64,000 bases of DNA from Octopus sinensis (Eukaryota). Below, one piece after another: positions 1 to 12,500 of this stretch. A program made the position numbers and the translations under genes. Numbering within the stretch: position 1 is the stretch's first letter; each line of letters opens with the position of its first letter. The notes beneath the pieces are model-generated. The model made no database searches, was not told the origin of the DNA, and saw nothing but the letters and a program-made list of their open reading frames with translations. Location of the stretch: positions 139,252,001 to 139,316,000 of the forward strand of contig NC_042998.1 in the NCBI RefSeq assembly GCF_006345805.1. Direction: 5' to 3'.

Positions 1-1433
1 ATCAGTGGCATGAAGAAACTTACAAGCATAGTCAACTGTCAGTCTCCTTGAAAAAGTCTTGCCTGGGCCTGCACATACATGCACATATAGGTGCATGGTC
101 AATATTGCCTGGCAGAGGTTTTACATTATTTTACATAATTATGAACTTCTGTTAAATCAACTCAAAATATAGCTTACTAAGTCAATATTTAAGAATAAAA
201 ACTAATGCAAACTGTCCATAAAATTAAAAATAGTAAAAAAAAACAATACTCATTTATGATTTTGTTATATACCATTCAATAACATCAGACAATAACAATG
301 AAAAGCTAAACTGGGATATGTGGGGGTTCTTTTTATCAATAATGGAATATATAATCTAGAAAAAAAAAGAAGAAAAACTTAAGAAATAATAAGTAGACAC
401 CAAATTTAGAAAGAGATTACAAACTAAATATTGTCACTGACAGAAAAACAGTGAGGTAAAATGGTAAATTATAGGGGTATGGAAGTAGTTTAAAAATATA
501 GGTCAATAGCTATATCTTAGTTGGAAGAAAGCCAATTGGGGTAGAAAATAATAGATTGCGTAGTGTTGTAGCTGGCTTCAGGACAAACATCTAACAATAG
601 ATATTATAGAAGTTGTGTATTATGCATGACAGAATAGAAATATATCAAACATTAAAAGTTGGAAATATATTAGAAATTCAATCAATTCTTTATCTCATTT
701 ATTGAAATTTCTGAATATTTCCTAATAACAATTGCTTATGTCATGGTAGGAAAAGAAATGTATAAGAGATTGCTGAAAGAATGGTAATTAATAGCAGCTG
801 AAGGAAAAGAAGATCAAAATAGATTCTTATTGAAGTGAACAGATCCCAGAATATGAATAAACTAACACTAGACTTATATGTTAAAAACAAAATGTAGTGG
901 TATGTAAGAAGCAGTGGCAGATTTGATGTTATTTAACAATATTTGTATTATTTTTAATTTGACAGGGAAGGGGTGGGGGCACATGCACACATGATTTTTA
1001 TGAATTAGCAACTGATTGTATTTTATTGTTAACAATTAAATAATTAATAGTTCAGAATGGAAGACTGACAAAATCAGAAGAACGGCAAGTAAAATGTTCT
1101 GCTGTCTTTTAAGTTATTCATTATTCTCAGTTTGAATCATACCAAAGTCAGCTCTGGTCTTTTACTTTTCCAATGTTGATAAAATAAGCATGAGGGAGGG
1201 GAGTGGGTTGGTAAGTGTAAAAAGAGAGAGGGTGGCAGGGATTAATTATAACCATTTTCTAAAATGAAGTTTTGTACTTATCTTAGTATCTTTGAAATAA
1301 AAAAAATACAAGCAAACTGTTATAAAATGCATTAAAAGAGAAAAAGCAGAATCACATTCCTATAGGAGTGGGGCATAAGAAAAATAATAAAAAATTTTTA
1401 AAAAAGCAGATTATTTCTTGTTTTATAACTCAC

Positions 1434-1699
1434 CTCTCAACAGTAAATGGAGACATCCGTCCAGAAAGGTCTTCATCACTAAGACGAGGATTGTAGAATG
1501 ACAAGGCCAAATTTTGACTATGACATGATTGGTGGTGGGAAGTGGGTCCAGGTAAAAGAACTGAAGATGTCTGTGTCATTGACGTGGTCAGCTGAGAAGT
1601 AGCATTGTTACTGATGTTACTGCAACTCGGTTGGGGTGAATCTTTTATGTTACTCTGATCAGCGTGTAATGTATTCTCACAGTCACATTGCTGTTTGTT
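1434..1699 (-). CDS. FAM13A: FAM13-like Ser/Thr-rich exon (NKQQCDCE...RLSDEDLSGRMSPFTVE)
   Basis: Acceptor ttttgtgtccttcaag|AAC, donor GAGAG|gtgagt; 266 nt, phase 0 to phase 2; frame agrees with ORF 1430-1744. Confidence 0.82.
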
Positions 1700-4600
1700 C
1701 TTGAAGGACACAAAAATAAGAAATTTTTTATTAAACATCAGCAAAGTGGTTCACACAGGCTATAAATAGAGTGGGGAAAATGTTGATCATTTGAAAGAGT
1801 TAGGTGAAAAATAATACCGCAAAATAGCCAGAAATTAAAAAAGAATAGCAATGCATTTTAAAGAAAAGTAAAAAGTATACATCGTATTTTACAGATAAAC
1901 TAAAGCTACAGAGGTCATCATTCTTTAACTCTATGCTTTATGACATTCAATATGTCTTCACAGTATATATGCATAGCTACACTCCTTGAAAGTTCTGTAA
2001 CTATTTTGCTTGGTTTCAGAATGATTTCTGTGTCCTATAACTTAACCCTTTCAATATAACTTGCCTGAGACTGCCCCTATTTCTGTGATACAAATTTCCT
2101 GTTTTGAAATGATCTAAATTAAAACCTTCAATCAAAATTTCATGTTAATTAATGTTCCAAACACTAGCTTAATAATAGCTAAGTTATCTTACTAAATTCT
2201 TCATTGCTTCAATTTTATTTTGAAAGTAAATGAAGTATATTTCAACAGACATATGATAATGAGAAGGTTAATTTGCCTTGTTCTTACAACAGTTAACAAA
2301 CCAAATAGCATCCTTACTACTTTGATGTGCATGTTCTATTTGTGTTTTTACTTTTAGTTTTATTCCTAAAAAAGATACATATTTTAAAAATACATAAATT
2401 CTTTTCATTTTAAAACAATCCTAAAAGACACACACACACACACACACCTGTGTGTTGCTATTTGTAATATTAACAAAATTTGGCTATAATTAGCAACACA
2501 GACGTCACATATTCTACACAATGAAATAAAACCACCTTCACTCTCTCTTATTGCATATATTGGGAAGAAAAGTATGTTTTGTGTGCTGTTACCTTGAAAG
2601 CTATAAACACACATAAAAGATTTCGTGATGAAAACAATGAAAATGAGAATATGTTGATATTGAACTACTTTTCAAATTTCTGGTTTATATTTTAGATGTT
2701 AACTTGTAAAGGATAAGTTTCTTGGTTCTTTTTCCCCTTCGATTTTCTCAATAAAGATATGTTACTGTATAAATGTATCAACCATGACTAGAGATTCTTT
2801 CAAGTGATTAAGTAATCAAAATATATTTTTGTTCTTCTAAAAATGAATTGAATAGAGACAATTTTCTGACGCATTCAAACATCGAAGATTTCTGTGTCCT
2901 ACAATTTAACCATTTTGATACCAATCCACCTGAAACTGCCCCTATTTCTGTGATACAAATTTCCTGTTTTGAAGTAATCACAATTAAAACCTTCAATCAA
3001 AATTTCATGTAAATTAATGTTTCAAACACTAGCTTAATAATGACTAAGTTACTTTACTAATCTCTCTATATATAAAGCTGAAGTTGTCTGTGTATGGCAG
3101 GTTTGGTAGCCTTCAACTAACACTATCTCCTCCGAGACCCTGCAGCGCAAGTTGACCAAAATTGAGAGTATGATAGAAGAAGGTTTGTTCTTCCTTCTGT
3201 AGAAGAAAAAAATTCAAATTGGACCATGTTAACACCAAAAATCATTTACATCGAAAAGGTGCTTTTTTTTCTATGAAAATCCCTATTTTTTATGATTTTT
3301 TTTACTGCTGTGTCGTCATTTTTTGGTGTATTTCAACCAGAAAAATGTTCACTTAAAGAGAATAACAAGCTACATGATGCAAATTTTTTACTTTTCAAAA
3401 ATTCCAATTCTAAAGGGTCGAAAAGAAAACAAGCCCAAGCAACACTGGGCTATACTGCTAGTTATACAATATTCTGACTCATGCAAGCACAGGTAAAAAT
3501 AGACATTAAAATAATGATGAGACGGATAAGGAGGAAAATAAGGGTGATAAAGATGATGAGAAGGGTAATATTGATGATGACAAAGATCATGACAATGTCA
3601 ATGACAACAACAAATTTAATAAAGATAACCGATTTTGATTCATAGCCTCAAACAAGCTGAAATATTAGCACAAAAGAGTTCCCATTTTAGCAAAAACTTA
3701 AGCCACATAAAAATAGACATGAAACCCTACACTAAACATTAAAGACTACTCTGAGTACTTTTAATGTTGTTTCCTATAAAACAAAGTGGGAAAATATTCA
3801 ATAGATGTCTCTATGTTCATGTTTTACTAAACATTGTTTTTGTTTGGAACATAAATCAACATGAAATTTTGATTGAAGATTTCAATTTCAAGGGGTGGAG
3901 TGCATCAAGGGTGATGAGAGGAGGAGAGATAAGTGGATTGAGGGTGCCTAGATGGTGGAGATACAAGACAACCAGCTCTGAAGAAAAGATATTGTAGTAG
4001 CACTAGAAAAGTCAGAAAGGTGACAGTATGTTGTGGGCCAGGGGCTGGAGTGTGTTGGGATAATGGCAGTTACACAAAGGTGACATCAGTTTCATTTTTA
4101 CTGAGCTTTCACTTTTATATTTGTTTTGCATCATCAACATCGTTGTTGTTTTAACATCAAATTGCATGGGTCAGACAAATTTCTTGCACGAGTCAGACAG
4201 AATTTGAGACATGATTTTCTCCAACCATCACCTGTAATCAAGTAAGGTATTACTTCCCCTAGATCAGACACATTTTCACCGAAGACTGGAAATGAAGGAT
4301 GCTCATTTACAACTACCACACAAAGTCATGGCAAGGTAACAGTAAAACACACATGCACACACAGATTCTTTCGGTTTGCATCTACCAAATTCAGTCACAA
4401 AGTTTTTATCAGCTCAAGACTATAGTAGAAAACACTTGCTCAAGGTTCCACTTACTGAGACTGAACCCCAAACCATGTGGTTGGGAAGCAAAACTTCTTA
4501 CCACACAGCTACTCATACACTGGATCTGTAGGAAAAAGCTTCAAAAATATAAACCTATTTACTGTTCACTTTTCATTTACTCATCACTGAGCAGACAAAA

Positions 4601-6504
4601 TCTAAATTCAGTTGTTATTACCTGGCACCATGAAAGTATTAAGGATAGATGACACTGTAGAATATAATATAATGCAAGAACAGATCAAAAATACAGCAAG
4701 ACTAATATTTTGTAATCACAAACAATAGCTCTCAGCTACTACATTTAAAATGACTTTGGTTACAATGAAACAGAGCAAAGGCAGGAGGAAATACAATAAA
4801 ATGATAGATATTCTTTTCATAATTGCATGTTCTTGAAGAACAACACTGAATGGAATCAACTTTATTTCAGCTATTAGAATATAAATAGGCTGATTCAATC
4901 AATTCTTGTCACAAAGGTTTGATTGATGAAGATTAAGAAATGAAAAAGAAGAAACTGTCAATATTTTTACATTCATTCATAATATTATGACCATATTGCA
5001 TTTCTAGGTCTATAACTATTGATAGCTCTAGGGAAGTACATTATCAAATGTTTTAAACATCACAATTCATTTATTTTCTCTTTCTTAAAGGAAATAGTTG
5101 TGATATTCAGGCCTTTCTTAAGGATGTTACAAAAAGTATCCAGTACATATGTAAAGTTAACAAATCAAGCAGCAATAATGCAGGGTTGAGAGGATGTTTT
5201 TGCCTTACCAAGGGTAAGGCAACCTATACAGTGCAAATTTCAAGGAAAATGCACCCATTGTACACTCTGTAAAATGGTAAGTAGTGAAGGTGAGCGGCTT
5301 AGTGGTTAGGGTTTTCAGCTTACGATCACAAGGTCATGAGTTCAATTCCCAGCAACATGTTGTGTCCTTGAGCAAGACACCTTATTTCATGTTACTCCAG
5401 TCCACTCAGCTGACAAAAATGAGTAGCACCTGTATTTCAAACGGCCAGCTTTGTCACACTTTGTGTTATGCTGAATCTCTCTGAGAACTACATTAAGGGT
5501 ACACATGTCTGTGGAGCGCTCAGCTACATGCATGCTAATTTCACAAGTAGGCTGTTCTGTTGATCATATCAACTGGAACCCTCATCATCGTAACCAACAG
5601 AGTACAGTGCAGTTAAAGTTGTAAGTACCAGGAAGGGTATCCAATCATGAAAACCAGGCTAAACTGAGACATTACAAGATGCAGTCCTCCAACCCTTAGT
5701 ATCAAGCTGAAGTGTGGAAAGCAGACAGGGAGTGATGGTGCTGGTGATGATAATGATTGCTAACATTAAGAGAAAGTGAAGTGTTTTAAGAACCTATTAA
5801 CTCATTTAAAGTTATTCATCCATAACAGTACAGTCATTTTGTTTTTTAAAAAAATAGAGTGCAAGCAACAAATTCCTATTTTCCATTTCAAAAGAGTTAT
5901 TGTTAAAAAGTGATAACATTTCACCTTACCATTTCAATCAACTGTTATAATTTATCAGCAATGCTTATAAAGCTAATATGAGTATCTTTCTATATAGAAG
6001 CTAATTTGTTTGTTGTGTAATTCATACACTCAACAAAATATTTCCCATAATAATACTCATAATCTAATGCAAGTGGTTACCAAATGTTTCGAATTTATGG
6101 AACACATATATTGGTTCCCAATTTTGAGGGGAGGAAGTGTTTCATTGATATCATTGTCTCCAGTACCTGGCTGATATTTTATATAATTGACCCTGAAAGG
6201 ATGAAAGATAAGTTGACCTTAGTGGGAATTGAACTCAGGCAATAAAAGCTGTAAGAGATACCCCAATGTTCTAAAGATTCTGTCAACTTGGAACGTGCAC
6301 AATAATGATAATATTGCAACACACTTACGTGTGCCTAGCAACAAAAACAGTTTTGCTACTTTTCAATGCAAAATACATATATACGAAATGGCGGTGCCCC
6401 AGCATGGCCACAGCTCATTAGCTGAAACTGGAAAAATCAAAAATCAAAATCATACAAACAGGTGTGTGTGTGTGTGTACACACACTATGTGGAGATATTT
6501 CTTT

Positions 6505-6543
<39 letters not shown>

Positions 6544-9500
6544 TGGCTATATTAAGAAAATTTTAGAACTTCTAAACTTTCTATTAATTGAATTGAAGGA
6601 TTCCGGGTTTTTTTGTTTTTTTTGGTTTTTTATTTTTCTTTCCATTCTTGGAAATTTCTTTTAAATGAAACTACTTGAATAGATATTACGATATACTTGA
6701 GACAAGCAAAAAGTCAATTCCTCTTCAAGACAGAAGTATTTCCCTTTTTATATATATATTTTTTAAATCTATTTAATGCTGCTAAATACTGGAAATTGAA
6801 ATTCAAATGTTGTGGAAAATTACATGAAAATTAAAACAAAATTTTGACTCATCTTGAAAAGAAATTCAAAATGTGTTAAAGGAAGACAGGTGTTTCAGCA
6901 CATTTCATCTTGGTGTTACTTAAAATGGCTGTTCAATGTATTTTTTTTTTTTTTTTTTTTTTTTATTGCTATAAAACTATCATCAGACAACTTCTTATTC
7001 TATTCAATCTTTGATAGTTTCCAATAAAAAACAATGCTTGGTTGCTGTTAATGTGATAGGTTTAAATTCTCTGTTGTTTTACGAAGCTGTTTTCACAAAA
7101 TTTACCCCTGACATAATTTAATACAGATTCCATTTGTGCCACCAATAACTTTCCAGTAACAACTGTACAGCACTTGGAGCATGTGTCTTCTACTATAGCC
7201 CCAGACCAACCAAAGCCTTGTGAACAGATTTGATCAATGGAAACTGAAATAAGCCCAATGTGTATAGTGTGGGGGGCTCTCTTCCCTTGAGATCATGTGA
7301 TTGTTGGAAATAAATGTCATTCATTTCCAATATTCTGTGAAAACATGTCTGACCATGGGGGAAATATTGCCTTGCTTGGAAACAGGTGAGGGTTGGTAAA
7401 TGAAAGGGCATCCAACCAAAGTAAATCTGCTTCAATAAGCTCTGTCCAACCCATGCAACCATCAAAAAGAGGATGCTAAAATGATGATGATGATGATAAT
7501 GAATCTGACAACGTAGAAAACAACAGGTATCAGCTCCAGATTCTGAGACGCTAACAACAAAACAATCTATGCCAATATCAACATATTACCTCCTGAGAAG
7601 TCCAAATTTTTCTAAATAGTCAAACATTTCAACCCCTGAAGTGTTCTTGAAATAGTCTTCCATATGAAAAATGTGTTTCTTCTTTAAACAAAACTAATGT
7701 ATTCTAATCAATTTGGAAAAACATAATTCAATTTCTCTACTTCCAAATGCCCCTTAATGTTAGAAGATTTTTCAATTATTATTTTGTGAATCATGTTATT
7801 GAACAGTGGAATTCTGGTAACACTTTGTTGAGCTTCACTCCCAATCATTGTTCTAACAATCAAATGCAGTGCTAGCAAAACATATGACTCACTTCCATCT
7901 GCTTTGCAGCAAATTAAATTTCCTATAAAAAGCAATCTGAACATTATTCTACACCTTTACTCTTCAGAATGATAGAATTTTAGTAGTATATGAACAACAA
8001 CAACACTCAAAGACAGGAAGGGTAATCTTTATCGATAGAACAAATAAACCTAAAACATAAATATCGTTTATACTGTAGAGTGGTGGTACATAGGATTTTG
8101 ACAAAAGGAAAAGTAATTACTAATGTTACTTGGATGTTTATGTATCCTGGAAGTTAAATTATCTATTTACACAAAAACATAAGTTACACAACTAGCACAT
8201 TACACAGGTGAAAAATTCAGAACAAGATTTTAAAACTTTCACTGACTTAAAAGCACCCAGTCCACACTGTAAAGTGGTTGGTGTTCAGAAGGGCATCTAG
8301 CTGTAAAAACCTTGCCAATATTGACCTTGCCTGTGCTTGTGCTATGTAAAAAGCACTAAGTTCACTCTGCTGAGTGGTTGGTGTTAGGAAGGTCATCCAG
8401 CTGTAAAAATCGTACCAAAACAGTCACAGATGTCTGGTGCAGGCTTCTGCCTGGCCAGCTCTTATGAATCCATTCCACCCATGCTAGCATGGAAAGCAGA
8501 TGTTAAATGATGATGATGAAAAGATTGTCAATAAAAAATGGGTATTTGATTCCTAATATTTGAATCCTCATCATCAACATTATTGCTTAATGTCTGTTTC
8601 CATGCTGGCATGAGTTGGATGGTTTGAAGCAGATGACAAGCCAAGCCAGAGGACTGCACCAAGCTTTAATGTCTGCTTTGACATAGTTTTTTTATGACAG
8701 GAAGCCCTACTTAATGCCAACCACTTCACAAAGTATACTGGGTGCTTTTTATATGTCACCAGCACTAGTGATGTCAGCAAGTAACCTCAAAGACAGGCCT
8801 CTTCGCCTGAATGAGTGGGGAGTAGTATTGTGCCAGATGATGAGAGATTTAAGCATAATAAAGGGACAGAAATAGGTGTCTTGCAGTAAAAGAAATACAT
8901 GGCTACTCCATTTGGAAAAGGAGAGAAAAGAAGATTGTGAAGAAGTGTCACAATGTACCCTCAAGTTACAAAGAAATGAATATACGATGGGGTGCTGAAA
9001 AGTCCATGGCTTTGAGTACAAGAAAATACAGTAGGATGATTTTATTCAACACATTCCCCTCTCAGATTCATACACTTATTGCAACAGTCCTTCAGCCTGG
9101 CTTTTTGCGGTACCCTTAAAACCAGAAACTTCTTAGCATCCCTTCATAACAGAAGTGGTCCAGAGGATTGGACAGGATGTATGGATAGGATAGTTTGTGT
9201 GAAATAAGAGTGGCAAATGAATAGAAATGGAGAGGCATTTCTATTTATTTATTTATTTATGTGTTGTTCTGAGGGTTTCAGCTTAGCCGAAACTGCACTG
9301 TTCTTACACACACTAAAGCCATATTGGTTACAAAAACAACAATACAAATTTTTTTCTTTTTCTTTTACAGATTAAAGCTTGTTAAGTTGTAATGAAAACA
9401 AGTTTGTTCTGGATGTAGCATGATCTAGAGTATGTTGTTAGTCAATGGGGGAGTAACAGTGACCCTGACCTTTGCAGACTCTCCCACACTGGTAAGACTG

Positions 9501-12500
9501 ATGTTCAGCATCAAAATATGTAATACTATACAGGAGAGAGTAGTAGTTTGCAGTCATAAACATCAACATTTTTACACTATTTTCTTTACAACATCAGGGA
9601 TGGACACGCATGAAAATGATTCTAGGTCTTTTCATTATATTTCTTTAAAGTCAATCATGACAACTTTGTTCTTTTTGAGTGAAGTGGCATGGCCTAGTGG
9701 CTAAGATATTACACTTATGATCACAAGATTGTGGCTTCAATTCCCAGACAAGTAGTGCATAGTGTTAAAATTGCTCCAGTTCAGTCACCTGTAAATGAAT
9801 AACCCTGTGACAGACAAGTACCCCATTCAGGGGAAATATTGTTATCTCAGTCACTTATACATCATGGAAACCAAATAACTGGCCTAATGAGTTCTAGGAC
9901 TCAAAAGACAATAATACCCAAGGGTTGATGACAATTTTTTTCTGTCTCTATCAAATTAACAATTAACATTTAAATATTCTTCCCTTAAGTTATAAGTAGC
10001 CATTCTTAAAACATAACTGCATTACCAGTTATCAGTCAAAAGTAATACCAGATTTTTAGTTTAATATTCAAATTTACATTGCTTCCTTTCCTTCTTTGTT
10101 TTTATGTCCATGATAACATGGATTAGATAAATATATTATAAAAGGCATATTTTACAAATACCTTCCCTGTTGTTAGTCCTCACCTGTTTTACAAGTAAAG
10201 GATATCTTATCCCACACATTTTTGAAAGCACAAAGCCAATGGGAAATGATAGCAATGTCACAGCCCATAGCTGAGCATTTTCAGAGACGCACAATGTAAA
10301 CAAACACTCAGACACACACACCCATGCATGCATGCGCATGTGCACACACATGGACAATGGGATTCTTTCTATCAAATCCACTTACAAGGCTTTTGCTAGC
10401 CTAGGGCTATAGTAGAGGATATTTGCCCAAGATTCCACACAGTGGATCTGAACCTGAAACCATGTGGTTGGAAATTCCTTAACCATAAAATCATGCCTGC
10501 AGTTATTTGCATATTTAGAAAATGACATAATCATCTCATCCTTCTACTTAAACCATTTAGATGTTTTCTGCCTCCATTACCCTATCATGTTGCCAAATAT
10601 TATTATACAACTACCACTAAAAACAACACACCATTTCAGTAAAAAAAAAAAAAGCACTGGAAAAACCCCTCCCCACAAAACTATCAGCTAAATGTCTTTC
10701 AGCCATTATCCAATTTTACTAACAAGGCTAATATTTCATATTAGTTGCACAGGTTTGAACTTGTTAACATCTACAGATCCACACTCAACATTCCTACGTT
10801 TTTGCAATGTGTGTACATTACTTTTTTACAAAATGAAAAATTGGTTTATAAATCATACTTGTAATCGTGGGAGTGATAAGAAGTTAGTAGCAACGATAGC
10901 AATGAAGAAATGAAAATCCTAAGAACTTCAGTAATAGTTTCTTATACAGGCATGAAACTTTTAGGGAAAAAGAAAAACAGGAAACTGTGACATTCATGGT
11001 TTCTCAAAGAGCATTGAATAATATACATGATGTAAAGTGATTCTAATTAGGAACTGAGACTGCATTTTGGAATCCACCAATAGAAATCTAATACTTATTA
11101 TTTAGGAAATCTTTTTAAAAGAAAGATTTTCCTCTTTTTTGCTCCTAGTGCAATTTTTGTTTTTATATCCTTTGCCATTATTGCAATGCTCTGGCATTGG
11201 TTTTAAGATGTTTAGCAGTGTATTTCAGACATCTGCTTCTCAACAACGGGATTTGGGCTCAGTCCCTCTTCTTGACACCTTGGGTCTTCTATTATAGCCA
11301 ACAAAATCTTTGGGAGTGGATTTGGTAGAAAGAAACTGAAAATCTACCACATGCACATGTGTGCATGCATATGTGTGTCTCTCTTCTTGTCTTGACATTG
11401 CATGATAGTTGCAAATGAGTGCAACTGTCATACAAGCAGTGACATTAATTTCCAATATTCTGTGAAAACACATCAGACCAAGGGAGAAATATTACCTTAT
11501 TTGGAAACAGGTGAGGGTTAGCATTGAGAAGGGCAAACGGATGTAGGAAATCTGCCTCAATAAACTGCATCCAACCAAAGTAAGCATGAAAACATGGACA
11601 TATGATGATGATATATTAAGCTCCATTATAAGAATAAACTATATTATAGTTAATGTTTCAAATTTTGGCACAAGGCCAGCAATTTTAGGAAGAGGCAGGA
11701 CTAGTTGATTACATTGACCCCATTACTTGACTGTATTTTCTATTACTGATTAAACAACTGATTTTGGGACGTCATATGAAGTTATATGAATATTAACCAT
11801 AAATCAAAGTTCAAAAACATGATTCGAATCAATCAGAAATTTGTTTGTAAACAATATTTATGTTACTAAGTAAGAATGCAACGAAAGCTTTTGAAAGCTC
11901 TCGAGTCAATAAAATAGTTACCAATAAAAGACTGATGTCAAGACAATGAACCATACTACCTCTGTTTGTGCAAGTCAAAAATGAAATCAATATGAATTTA
12001 TATTACTAAGCCTACTCAAAGTTTTCTAAGATGAGTGGATATAGAACCAGCAAGTTGTATACCAACTCTTCCCAACTATACATCATGCATGATCCATATG
12101 TTTTCTTCTCCCAGCTGTGACACACCTTTAAAACCCAACACCAAACACTTAAAACAACTCTTGCTCCATCTCCACTGGTAATTTTGCAGAATGTGTTTTT
12201 CAGCCCTCACTGTCGGCAGCAATCCACTTATAGAACTTAAAATACAAACCACATCAATCTCCCTAGTCTGATAAAAGCCCACAAAGATACTATATATATC
12301 AGGTTTTATGGATAATTTTTTAAAATGCAATGAGTGTTAACTTTATATTTCAAGCATACAAGTTCATCCCCAAAAACCAAGCCTTAGTCATACTGCAAAT
12401 ATTTCCCACAACTACAGAAACTAGATAAGATCACCCTGTAATATTAAAAAAAACCAGTCCTACTGAGACATCATCCAATAAGCCTAATTACACTTCATGC

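Noticed and set aside
5285-5360. tRNA-like A and B boxes here and in other SINE heads
   Set aside because: No cloverleaf or acceptor stem; these are SINE promoters, not tRNA genes.
7880-7920. 30-nt AG..GTGAGT-bounded segment on the minus strand
   Set aside because: In-frame stop (GAA ATT TAA) in the required phase 0, and it lies inside the hAT fossil.
10178-10190. AAACAG|GTGAGG donor-like site
   Set aside because: The same AAACAGGTGAGG string is part of the abundant SINE tail, so it carries no exon information.
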